Shown in pieces: positions 37,083 through 49,184 of a DNA stretch of 64,000 bases. The stretch comes from Eledone cirrhosa. Lineage: Eukaryota. A program made the position numbers and the translations under genes. Below the pieces are notes generated by a model, which saw only the letters and a program-made list of their open reading frames with translations, was not told where the DNA came from and made no database searches. Numbering within the stretch: position 1 is the stretch's first letter; each line of letters begins with the position of its first letter. The stretch is from NCBI GenBank assembly GCA_964016885.1, contig OZ024755.1, positions 38,254,001-38,318,000 on the forward strand, in the 5' to 3' direction.

Positions 37083-37705
37083 ATTACCCTCAGCTGCTGC
37101 TGCTGCTACTATTTTTCTTTTTCAGCTGAGTGAACTGGAGCAATGTGAAATGTAACATCTTGCTCAAATACACAATCTGCCACCTGGTCTGATGATTGAA
37201 CTAAACACCTTTCAATCATGAGTCTACCACCCTGACCATGAGGCCGTGTGTCTTCTAAATAACATGTCTCTACCTAAAATACTTCAAATTCCCCTTTATT
37301 CTTCTTATTATCGGTTGAAGGGCATCAGATGGCAAAACCCTTATTAACTGAACAAAATTACAGTATTTAGTTAGGCCCCTTTCATGCTAGGAGTTCAAAT
37401 CTTGCTGGGCTCAACTTTGCCAATCAATTTTCATAAGTATCGATCAAATATTGGAATTGATTTAACTGACTGTTCTTTCCACCAATATTTGTTGTCTTAT
37501 GTATTTAAAAGTTAAACATCTTTATTATCAATAATTGATTACATGAATACCAGTAGTGTACTGGGGATTTAACTACACCCGCCCCCTCCCTCTATATACA
37601 TATCTTTCACTATTTCTTTTAACAGTTGACTTTGCACTTTTTCCTACCAACCCACTTGTACCATCCTTGGTTCTACATTACAAATCTCTATGTAAGAACC
37701 TTTAA

Positions 37706-37928
37706 CCCTTTAGCATTTACATTACTCTACTCTAAATATACTATTGTATTTTTGTGGTAAATGCTTTATCTTACATAATTACCTCACATAATATCGAATC
37801 TGAGATTTTGATGTAATGTTTTTTAGAACAATAGCTTATTGTAGGCATGAGCGGCCAGTTACAGTTGGTTTGAACAGAAAGAGGTGATAGAATTTTGGCT
37901 GGATATGGCCGGTTTAAATGCTAAAGGG
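37706..37928. mobile_element. piggyBac-like MITE
   Basis: TTAA-CCCTTTAGCATTTA...TAAATGCTAAAGGG-TTAA. Confidence 0.8.
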
Positions 37929-38360
37929 TTAAGTCAAGCTCAAAACACCTGCTTAATAATGATTATGTTACTAAATCCCTCTAAAATTCTTGAATAGTTT
38001 CAAAACAATGTGAGAGACATGGAGAGTGTTCTTTCCTTAGAAATACGGTAATTAAGGAAAGGGTTAAATTGTAAAGGTAGTAGATCTCCCTGATAAGTTG
38101 GATTAGTAGAATTGTTAGAGCATTGGACAAATGATTTCTGGTACTTGTTCTGGGTCTTTATGATCTGTGTTCAAATCTTGCCGAGGTTAACTTTGCCTTT
38201 CATCCACCCAGGTCCACTAAAGTATTGCTTAAATATTGAGGCTGATGTAGTCATCTCCCTTGTCCAAATTGCTGACCTTGTACCTTAGAAACCATTATAA
38301 TTTGAGTACTATCTACTAACTATGTTATTAGCATGTGTGTGCATTTTTTAAAACCTTTAA

Positions 38361-38613
38361 CCCTTTTGATACCAAACCATTTGAAACCATCCTTGGTTCT
38401 ATAACACAAAACTGTTTTAAAATGATTATATTTATCTAAAAACCACCTGTCATAATTATATATAAGAACTTTTGTTAAGTTATGTTCCAACCACCAGTTA
38501 AATAATGAGAAAGTTAAGTTATATTACTAAATCCCTCCAAATTCTTGGTTATCTTCAAAATTATTTCAATATCATAGTTAATGTATTTCATTAGAAATAT
38601 GGTATCAAAAGGA
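38361..38613. mobile_element. piggyBac-like MITE, second family
   Basis: TTAA-CCCTTTTGATACCA...TGGTATCAAAAGGA-TTAA; decayed relatives near 3480, 15190, 34230 and 61800. Confidence 0.75.
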
Positions 38614-38862
38614 TTAACATGTATATATAAGTACCTCTCAATTGGTGCATGGCATGGCTTGATGGGTTGCTCCATTTTCAAGCATGACGCCAATAACTTC
38701 ATTTTTTTAATCTCTTTTAATTTAAAAATAAATAGAAATGAACAAAATGCATCATTTGGATTAATTCTTCTGTTTTCAAAAAAAAAAAAAAAAAATTATA
38801 TATATATATATATATATATAAAGTATTTGCACTAACATTTGTTGCCTTTTTTTTTATTGCAG

Positions 38863-39134
38863 AGAGCTTGGAATTATTGATGTTGAGTCTCTCCGCTTGC
38901 ATGGCTCGCCTCGTTAAGCATAGTCCATTGATTACTTTACTTCATAAGAAGTCGAATTACCGTAGAATTAAAACTAATTTATTTCACTGTGCTACGGTGG
39001 TGATGATGATGATAGTTGGTACTATGACAACCAATAACATAGATAACTTTCTTTTTCTAACTCCATTGTTAAACCATTCCCAGGCCAGCCCTTGTAGTAC
39101 AAAAAAGAAAAAAGCGAGGAAGAACACAAAATAG
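38863..39134 (+). CDS. Candidate alternative (possibly terminal) exon
   Basis: ACTAAC branch point, T-tract and TGCAG acceptor ending 38862; the phase-1 frame stays open about 90 codons to the stop at 39134. Confidence 0.35.
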
Positions 39135-39725
39135 TAAAGACCTGTGTTGTTCTCTTGTTCATCTCATTTAGCTAAATACTATTTCGACTCATCCAGTTTA
39201 GTTTGTTGTTCTGGACTGACAATAAACCTTTTCATAACTACCATTCTGTGACTCTCTATAGACACACATACAAGCAATCATTTATTCTGATTAATGAGTT
39301 TGCTTCTTCCCCAGACCTTTTTTTTTTAAACAAAACTTGCTCTCATCTCCTAGAAACTGGCATATTATTTGCATTTGTCCCCTAAATATCTGAATTTCAA
39401 ATAATAATAATAAACATACATAACTTTATGAAATACAAGGGCCCTTTTTTAAACATTATCTTCCTCCTCATCCATTTTATTTTTAAAAACTAAACTAACC
39501 CTCATCCCTTAGAGATCTGCCTCTGTTTATTATTTGCATTTGTCCCCTAAATATCTGAATTTTAGATAATAATAATAAAAATATTGTTATCTATTCTAAT
39601 ATTATTATCCAACTATATTCTACGACACCTGTTCATCAACTCTGTCATTTGTGATGTTATTAATAAAATGCAAAGTCCAACACTATATAAATACAATAAG
39701 AACCTGCAGTCATTCTTCAATGTAG

Positions 39726-42700
39726 ACAGAGACACAAGTGATAATATAAACACTGATAATGAAGGAAACTATATCAAAAACAATTATTCCCTCTACTCTG
39801 AAGATGTTTATCATGAGAACAATCTGACTAAAACTGAATCTCCCCTCAATGAAACCATGACTAGATTTGAAATGGGTGCAAGAGATCGAAACTCTACAGG
39901 TGAGGATTCAACTGCTAGCCCTATGAATGGTAGGTCTTTGAACTGTTCAAACCAAACTGATATTAATAACCCTGTGAACACAGAAAGCTTGCTAGTTCAT
40001 AAACCAAAGTATGTAGGTGTTAATAGCTCTGTTACACATGAAGATCAATATAAGAGAAATGATTCTAACTCTAAAGAATTATTGCTGCTGGAAGAAAACA
40101 GAGCAAACTACAAGGAATTAGCTTCACAGCTCGGGTCCCAGTTATGGAATTCGCAGAAGGAAATGGCAAAGGAGCAACTGAGGAACAAATCCAGCCCCAA
40201 TGAACCCATCAATCGTATAGATCACCACACATATCAATCCTACGCTGCTGGATTACTACATTCTTCAAAAAGGTCGGAGAAATTTTTGAAGCTCAAGAAA
40301 AACTTTGACATACTAAATCAAATTTCTGTTATTGAGAACCAGTATGGTATTACTAGTGCTGCCATCTCTGAACCAAACAACAACAACAATTTTAATAAAC
40401 TTCCTCCAAAAGGACTCCAAATGCTGAACCAGCTCTACCAGGAACTTAACAATGCACAAAACAATAAAGAATTTTATTTCTCTCGGACTTCTGTCCAGAA
40501 TCACTGGAATCCAAAGAAGGATCAAGGTCTGAAACTTCAGCAAAAATCCTTCCAGGATCGATTCGCAGTTTACAATAGGAGTCTTAATTATAAAAACAAA
40601 TCTCTGAAACATAATGAGATGGACAAAATAAAGCCATCACAGTCAGTTAAGAATCTATGTATGAAATATACCAAACTTGATAATAAAAGCAAGGATCAGA
40701 AATTACAATCTGCCAAAAATGACTCCAACTCTAATTCAAAAAAACGCTTCTACTCTGGATATTCTTCTTCGAGATCCCTTCCAGACAGAAAGGACGACAC
40801 TTTTGGACCCTACACGGCCAGAGCTATTCATGGAACTAACATTGAAGAAGTTCCGCATTTGTATGAAATCCACGTAAAACATGCTCGATCCCTGCCTCGT
40901 CTCAACTTACAGTCGTTGCACATCCGTTCTGAATCAGCACCTTATGAAAATAAACGTGAGAAGCAATCTCCAGTGTTGACAAGGTCTTCTTCATGCAGAG
41001 ACTCTTTCTTTGATTTCTCAAAAAATGTAGAAAGCAACAACAACAATAATAATGGTAATAATAATAATAATAATGATGGCAGCAACAATAACTTTTGTGG
41101 AAATTTTCCTGGAAATAATCTACCTATCACTGCTATTCATAACAACTCCAACTTAAGTTCTCCAGATACAAATAATTGTTTAAATAAGTCTTTTAGTCCG
41201 TCTTATATGGAATATGATCATCAACAACATTGTGAAGAATCTGCCAGAATTCCACATGAAGACTTGTCTTTTTTTCAACATGATGGAAACTTAAGAGAAA
41301 TAAACAGAGGTAGCGCCATAGATAACATGGATTCAATTACAACTCACTCTTCTTTTAAGGAAGACCAGAATCCTTTCCAAGAGAGGAATGACAAACGGAT
41401 GGCAACATCTGTAATAAATGGAAACCAAGACTATCAGAATTGTACAGCAAGGAATAATGAGGATACTTCTCCTGGGAGACCAGTATTTTATATCCGAGAT
41501 GTGAAGAGTTTTGTCAAAGAGAAAAACGAATTTTATAAGGAGTCACTTTTTGATGCTCCAAACCAGTATTGTGAAGCACCAATTTTGAATTCTTCACCTC
41601 CAGCTTCTCCTCCATATATTGCAGAACTAGAAAGAGAAGAATTGGCCATTTTAGCTCAGTCCCCTCCTGTATCCCACAATATACAATATCCTTACAAAGC
41701 CTCCACAACAGATGATTTTGCTGCTTTTTTTGATGATCACATGGAACCTGAACAGAGATTATATAAGTCATTATCTGTCCCTTCATTCCATACCAGTAAT
41801 GATACAGATTATATATTAGACAGTGACTCTATGGGAGAAGTAGAAGACTTACAGACAAACTACAACAGTTTTAATCAAATTGAAGGTGGATATGGTTTCG
41901 ATTATACAATGCCGTCCTCCTTGCAGACTCCGAGGCCCTTATTTGAAGATGGTCAACCACAGCAGCAAGATTCCAATCATACCTGGGATACATGTAATAC
42001 TGGTAGTCCTCAGTTTGAAACTAATCAAATATATAAGATTGATGAAAATTTAACTATTCAGTGTCTTGACAGTGCAGATGAGGAATTAATAAGAAACCAC
42101 ATTAGTAACCTTGATGGAGAGTGTTTACTGTCTGAGCTGCTATGTTCACAAAGTGGAAAATATCATGGGAATAGAAACCAGAACAACTATACTAACAGTG
42201 AAGTTGACCCCAAGAATATTGTAGAAAATTCTAAAGAAAATAAAACTGTTTCTAGCACCATAGCAGATAGATGTACTCTAGGTCCAGTTGTTGTCTCACC
42301 TAACCCAATTTCTGTAACATCTAAATGTTGGACATCCACAACAACTATTCACAGTCCTTCTAAACTAACTTCTAACCCATTCTGTACCTCTCCCAGCTCA
42401 GATATCTCTACTTCTCATCAGTCACAATTATCACATAATACATCTGATATCAAACTAATGAAAAAAGCATCTAGACCACCAGATGTTCCTATTCGTACAT
42501 CTGGAATCAGTGTTGTTAAGGCATCTAGACCACCAGATGTTCCTCCTCGTACATCTGGAATCAGTGTTGTTAAGGCATCTAGACCACCAGATGTTCCTCC
42601 TCATACATCTGGAATCAGTGTCGCTATGGAAGCTAGACCACCAGATGTGCCTCCTCGTACATATGATCTAAACATAGCTAGAATAACATCTCCCCTGTTG

Positions 42701-43400
42701 TCTGGAGTTAATCCATTTAAAACATATAGCCACTGTGTGTCTCCAGACACATCTGGGATCAATATAAATTCATTTAAAACATCATCGAGCCAAGCAGATA
42801 AATTTGGATCTAATTCACTGAACACATCTAATGTCACAGCAATTGGAGCAAACCCATTTCTAACATCTAGTCAACCAGTTATGTCCTCAAATAGGCCTAA
42901 TACTAATGCATTTCTAACATCTAGTCATCCAGATATGTCTATGAACAGATCTAGTGCCAACGCATTTCAAAAATCTAGTTATCTTAATCTTTCTCTCAAC
43001 ACATCTGGATTTAATCCATTTAAAACCTCTCTCCAATCAGAAGATATATCTCCTAACATATCTGGAGAAAATCCCTTTAAACCCTTTAGTTTGTCACCGC
43101 TATCTCATAGCACATCTGGAGTTAGTGTAAATGAGTTATCTAGTCAGCCAGATGTACCAACAGGTGCTCTCAGCCATGGAGGAAGAGCAACTACTGCTAA
43201 CACTATACACAATGAACTACAAAGCAACAACAACGGGCAACAAATATTTCAGCTAATGACTGATACTACTACTACTACTACCACTAATACTACTTCTGCT
43301 GCTGCTGCTAATGCATCAACTACTATTACTACTACCTCTACTACTACTACTACAGCAGGACAAGAAATGATTATATCACAGCCAGATCAAGATAATACAG
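39726..43400 (+). CDS. Very large coding exon (within ORF 39584-43420), mostly low-complexity; CAP/SORBS-like long-isoform insert (tentative)
   Basis: 1278-codon stop-free non-repeat ORF in AT-rich DNA; candidate acceptor TTCTTCAATGTAG|AC and donor ACAG|GTGAAT, both phase 1. Segments YAAGLLHSSKRSEKFLKL and LYQELNNAQNNKEFYF..W..KDQGL recall long invertebrate CAP isoforms (memory only). Confidence 0.85.
42467..42661 (+). repeat. Coding 54-bp (18-aa) tandem repeat, about 3.7 copies
   Basis: ASRPPDVPPRTSGISVVK units. Confidence 0.9.
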
Positions 43401-43433
43401 GTGAATCATTTTACACCTGATTCATTAGTTTAT

Positions 43434-43475
<42 letters not shown>

Positions 43476-43780
43476 TGGTTCCCTATGTAGGAAAGTCCTT
43501 TTTTGTTTTGTTGTACTAAATTTATATGGTTTGATATGTTATAGTTTACTGCTTCACTTTTAATCTTTCTCTTTTCTTTTCATTTGTTGGCTGGGAATTT
43601 TATTCATCTTTTTAATTAATTAATTAAATTATTTATTTATTTATTTATTAATACATGGCACGTTTAGTAATTAACATATTTAATTGTTTTTTTTTTTTTG
43701 TTTTTGTTTAAAGAGTCACCAAAGCATGTACACAACACACATAGACAAACTGAAGCCTTGCTTAACCTAACAATACTTCT

Positions 43781-43826
<46 letters not shown>

Positions 43827-43861
43827 ATATATATATATATATATTTATATATTATTTACTT

Positions 43862-44043
43862 ACATAATAAACAGCGCAATATAATTATTCCATTACAAAA
43901 GGAACTGGACGTTTCTGTAAGGAAAGTCTAGTCTCCTGAAACCTTTGGTAATGGAATAATTATATTGTGTTGTTTATTACATAATTAAATAGCTCTGTAC
44001 TACACATAGAGCATTCTTCTTTCCTTTACCTTGTCTACGGAAC

Positions 44044-44048
<5 letters not shown>
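43862..44048. mobile_element. Foldback element with hammerhead 3' half (family of 53231-53435)
   Basis: Inverted arms; GAAAC-CTTTG-GTA-ATGGAAT; shared tail AGCTCTGTA..CATAGAGCA. Confidence 0.65.
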
Positions 44049-44109
<61 letters not shown>

Positions 44110-44187
44110 TGTAATGATAAATGTGAAGACTAAAATCCAAAGAGGGCTCGCTCGATAAGGATTATATATATATATATATATATAATA

Positions 44188-44531
44188 TGGAGGCACATGG
44201 CTTAGTGGTTAGAGCATTGGCCTTGCAATCGAAAGGTTGTGAGTTCAATTCTCAGACCGGGTGATGTGTTGTTTCCTTGAGCAAGACACTTTATTTCACA
44301 TTGCTCCAGTTTACTCAGCTGTAGAAATGAGATGATAGGGACTGGGGTCCATATCATTCCACTGCAAAGTGGTCGTGGAGGTGCCACGGCAAAAAAGCAC
44401 CCAGCACTCACTGTAAATGAGGTTGGTGTTAGGAAGGGCATCCAGCTGTAGAAATCAAGCCAGAATCAGTTCCCGTCCCACCCTTGCAAGCAGGGAAAAG
44501 TGGACGTAAAATGATGATGATGATGATGATG
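44188..44531 (+). mobile_element. SINE family A
   Basis: Full-length copy. Confidence 0.9.
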
Positions 44532-44882
44532 ATATATATATATATATATATATAAACGTTTGAATATGTGTAATAAAGCCAAAACAATGCAGGTATGGAC
44601 ATAGAAAAAAGAATGCAATTGTAAAAGATATTGTTGACAATTCGTCCTTTACCTTGAATTTATTTACATGTCCTTAATTTTCGAGATAATATCTCTTCTT
44701 CGGAGGGAAATAAAGGTCTCAAACCAGCGCTTTAAATAGCTAGCCAAGCCATGCTGACAGGAAATAGTATAGAGTATCTGTTCTATCTCTAATATCGAAG
44801 AATTAAAATTAGGTGGATAAAGATATAACCTCCTCCCCATATATATATATATATATATGTATATATAAAACCTGTATAGAAA

Positions 44883-44989
44883 ATATTTATTACATGTACA
44901 GATTAAAGTTTAAGCAAGGAATCGCTGCTTTCACTTACGTAAAGGGTGAAAGCAGTGATTCTTTGCTTAAACTTTAATCTGTACATGTA

Positions 44990-44998
<9 letters not shown>
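44883..44998. repeat. Hairpin with arms of about 50 bp between (TA)n tracts
   Basis: ATATTTATTACATGTACAGATTAAAGTTTAAGCAA..GCTTTCAC and its reverse complement. Confidence 0.8.
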
Positions 44999-45028
<30 letters not shown>

Positions 45029-45197
45029 CAAAGGGATATTTAATTTGTTGGTAATTCAACAAATATAAATGTTTATAACTGATTCGACAGGTTTTCTGGA
45101 GTATAATATCAATGATATTAATAAATGGAAACTATATTTATAAATATATATTTATAAAACTACATATATATATATATATATATATATGTATCATTAT

Positions 45198-45250
45198 ATT
45201 TTGTCTGATGAGGACGTACTGTTGTACATCCGAAATATGTATAATAAAAT
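45198..45250 (+). ncRNA. Minimal type I hammerhead, cleanest copy
   Basis: ATTTTGT-CTGATGA-GGACGTAC-TGTT-GTACATCC-GAAA-TATGTA-TA-ATAAAAT. Confidence 0.85.
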
Positions 45251-45343
45251 TTAATTGATCAAAAGAACATCTATTTTATTGATATTTGTATTTTAATATT
45301 AATAACTCTGGAAAATTATTTTTCGTAGAGTGCTTCCAATATA

Positions 45344-45379
<36 letters not shown>

Positions 45380-45399
45380 TGTATGTATGTATGTATGTA

Positions 45400-45443
<44 letters not shown>

Positions 45444-45497
45444 GATGTATGTATAACTTTGATAAGTCAAAGTAAAGTTATACATATATATATATAT

Positions 45498-47160
45498 AGA
45501 GAAGTACCTAGCTAAAGGTAAACCCCTCTACTTAGCTTTTGTCGACTTGGAGAAAGCCTTCGACAGAGTCCCCCGCTCCATTATCTGGTGGGCTCTTAGA
45601 AAACTAGGCGTTGACGAATGGCTTGTGAGGGCTATACAAGCCATGTATAAAGAAACAGTCAGCAAGGTTAGAATTAACAACGAATATAGTGAAGAGTTTA
45701 GCGTAAAAGTCGGCGTCCATCAGGGCTCTGTTCTCAGTCCACTACTATTTATTATTGCCCTTCAGGCCATAACAGAGGAGTTCAAGACAGGCTGCCCATG
45801 GGAACTCCTATACGCAGACGACCTGACACTCATAGCGGAATCAATGGCCGAGCTAGAGAAGAAATTCCAAACATGGAAGCACGGCCTAGAGTCAAAAGGA
45901 CTTAAAATTAACCTGGCTAAGACCAAAGTACTAGTTTGTAGGAAAGAAAACAAGGCGGCGGTCCCTTCTGGGAAATGGTCGTGCTCGGTGTGTAGGAAAG
46001 GCGTAGGTAGAAACTCCATTTTATGTCCTAAATGCAAAGTATGGGTGCATAAAAGATGTAGTGGGATCACAGGTAGGCTAACTAAGAACATAGATTTTAC
46101 ATGTGGCCGGTGCTCTGGTGCAATAAGTAGCAGCAAGTGCCCACAAACTACTAGCTCTTTCAATTGCGCAGAGGGTTCTATAGAAATAGTGGACAGCTTC
46201 CGTTACCTGGGCGATAAAATCAGCAGTGGGGGAGGGTGCTCTGAAAGTACTGTAGCTAGAGTCAGAACTGGTTGGAAAAAGTTCAGAGAGCTTATACCAC
46301 TATTAGCTGCTAAAGGGTTCTCACTAAAAATGAAAGGCAGGTTGTACGATGCCTGCATACGAACAGCAATGCTGCATGGCAGTGAGACCTGGGCATTGTG
46401 TGCAGAGGATATACGCAGACTAGAGAGGAACGAAGCTTGCATGCTCCGCTGGATGTGTAACAGTAATATACGTGAACGGCAAAGCATAAACGAACTAAGG
46501 AATAAATTAGAGATAAGAGGGATCAGATGTTGTTTACTCGAGAGAAGGCTACGTTGGTATGGACACGTGATGCGCATGAAAGTCGATAGCTGTATAACAA
46601 AGTGCAGGGCAATAAAGATAGACGGTAGTCACGGAATAGGCAGACCTAGAAAAACCTGGGACGAGCTGATAAACTCCGACATCACACACTTACACCTCTC
46701 CAAGACAATGTCACTGGACCGAGACCTTTGGCGGTACTCAGTAACAGAGAAGACCCGCCTTACCTAAATATATAGTAAAACCTACTCCAGCCAGTAGGCA
46801 TCTCTAACAAATACACCCCGTCCCACCACCCCCACCCGATCCACACCACCCCGTTCTATGTAAAGTTATGTTGGTGCCACGCCATCGAGGCCGAAACAAA
46901 TGAGATCGTGTAGGTGTCACGACAAAAAAACACACAGTCCACGCTGTAATGTGGCCGTGTAGGCAACACGGTAAAAACCTCCCAGACCCACACTGTAAAT
47001 GTGGTTGGTGTTAGGAAGGGCATCCAACTGTAGAAAACCTGCCAGACAGTCCTATGCGAGCAAGACAATCACTCTTGCCTCAAGTGGGACTACCCCCGTC
47101 CAAACCCATGCAAGCGTGGAACACGGACGTTAAACGCTGATGATGATGATGATGATGATG

Positions 47161-47162
<2 letters not shown>
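45498..47162 (+). mobile_element. 5'-truncated young RTE-clade LINE (ORF open to 46767, then 3' UTR and (TGA)n tail)
   Basis: AFVDLEKAFDRVPR, GVHQGSVLSPLLF, LLYADDL, FRYLG, RLRWYGHVMRM and GRPRKTW motifs; no internal stops. Confidence 0.92.
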
Positions 47163-47194
<32 letters not shown>

Positions 47195-47283
47195 ATAGAT
47201 GTATATATATATATATATATAACTTTACTTTGACTTATCAAAGTTATACATACATACATATATATATACACACACACACACAT

Positions 47284-47322
<39 letters not shown>

Positions 47323-47682
47323 TTATCCCAGGTTCAATCAGGGGTAACGACAGTACTCAATACACAGCAGAAGCCTTTTCTTATATATATATGTGTGTGT
47401 GTGTATGTGTGCTTGTGTGTGTGTGTGTGTGTGTATGTGTGCTTGTGTGTGTGTGTGTATATATGTATGCGTGTGTGTATATGTATGAGTGTCCGTGTGT
47501 GTGTGTGTATGCACGTTGTGTGTATATGTATGCACGCGTGTGTGTATGTATGTGTGTGTGTGTGTTACTAATGAACTTGATTTTGTGTCCATCCGTCAGT
47601 CGAGGAGTTCAGACATTGAATCTGTGTTCGACAAGTTCAGTTTAAAACATTTTTTACTCGAATGTAAATAATATATATAATC

Positions 47683-48063
47683 TTACCCAATTACACCTCT
47701 CAAAGACAATGACACACGACCGTGACTTCTGGCGCCACGCAGTAATACAGAGTACCCGACCTCCCATGGGTACAAGCTGAAGTATATAGACAATATGCCC
47801 CCACATCCCCTACCGCAAGGTGGTCGTGGAGGTGCCACGGCAAAAAAGCACCCAGCCCACACTGTAAAGTGGACGTGTAGGCGCCACGAAAAAGCACCCA
47901 GCACTCACTGTAAATGAGGTTGGTGTTAGGAAGGGCATCCAGCTGTAGAAATCAAGCCAGATCAGTTCCTGTATGAGCAAGGCATGGTCAGCCGACCAGA
48001 CACTGCCCACAACAGGACAACCCGTCTAACCCATGCTAGCGTGGAAGAACGGACGTAAAACGG

Positions 48064-48090
<27 letters not shown>
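47683..48090 (+). mobile_element. RTE 3' UTR / SINE-A tail-type element
   Basis: GTGGTCGTGGAGGTGCCACGG..AGGAAGGGCATCCAGCTGTAG..(GAT)n. Confidence 0.75.
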
Positions 48091-48095
<5 letters not shown>

Positions 48096-48149
48096 GTAAA
48101 TAATATATATAAGAATGATATTAATTCAACTGTAAATGTAGGTGTATAT

Positions 48150-48336
48150 AATTGTTGCTACTTTTTGGCACAAGGCCAGCAAATACCCAGTACATTACTG
48201 GTACTTTATTTTATCGACCCTGTAAGGATGAAAGGCAAAGTTAACTTCGGCGGGATTCGAACTCAGATCATAAAGGGACGTAACTATGCTGGAAAGCATA
48301 GCGTCTGACCTTCTACCGATACAGCCAATTCACTGT
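48150..48336 (-). mobile_element. SINE family B
   Basis: Full-length reverse copy. Confidence 0.85.
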
Positions 48337-48386
48337 AGGTGTATATAATGATTTGAATGTAGTGAAGACTATGGAGTTTGTTTATA

Positions 48387-48544
48387 CAGCTAAAATTCCA
48401 TTATAACACATTTTCCAGTATAACAAACATTTTTACAATTCCTGGCCACACCCCTGATGTGTTAGATTTCGTTATAAAGAAGTTCTTGTTACAATGAATG
48501 TTTTTTTTATACTTCATGAATTTTGTTATAATGGAATTTCACTG
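48387..48544. mobile_element. Tc1/pogo (Tigger-like) MITE
   Basis: TA-CAGCTAAAATTCCATTATAAC...GTTATAATGGAATTTCACTG-TA. Confidence 0.7.
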
Positions 48545-48755
48545 TATATATAGACAAACATGTATAGATATACACACACACGCACGCACACACACACACA
48601 TTTTATTCTCTGCAATTTTGCACATGCACGCGCGCACACACACACACACACACATTTTATTCTCTGCAATTTTTAAACAAATTAAGAAAATTTGTTTCTG
48701 TCACTTTTATGAAATTTAATTTTATTAAATGTTTTTCATCACACACTACAACAGG

Positions 48756-48946
48756 TAATTGTTTCTACTTTTGGCACAAGGCCAGCAATTATCCCAGTGT
48801 ATTACTGGTACTTTATTTTATCGACCCCGTAAGGAGGAAAGGCAAAGTTAACCTCGGCGGGATTTGAACTCAGATCATAAAGGGCCGTAACTCTATGCTG
48901 CAAAGCATGGCGTCCGAGCCTCTACCGATACTGCCAATCCACCGCT
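48756..48946 (-). mobile_element. SINE family B
   Basis: Full-length copy flanked by direct repeat CTACAACAG.TAAT. Confidence 0.88.
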
Positions 48947-49146
48947 ACAACAGATAATGTCGGTGTTGCCAAGATCTTGAGCGAACACATCTCTCTATCC
49001 TCGTTCAATAATTTGGCTTAAAAATTGTGTTGTGTTCATGTCTGTGGAATACTCAGCCATTTGTATATGTTTCACAATGCCAGTGAGTGATGGAGAGGGG
49101 GAGAAAGGGAGATGTGAGAGAGGGACAGAGAAAGATGCAGAACAAG

Positions 49147-49184
<38 letters not shown>

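Noticed and set aside
39584-39725. Single-exon 1278-aa gene starting at 39584
   Set aside because: Start is TTG in intron-like sequence; the internal-exon model fits splice phases better, though ATG 39668 is not excluded.
44671-44707. Hammerhead on minus strand (CCGAAGA-AGAGAT..ATCTC-GAAA-AT-TA-AGG)
   Set aside because: Core mutation and 3-bp stem I; likely a relic, not counted.
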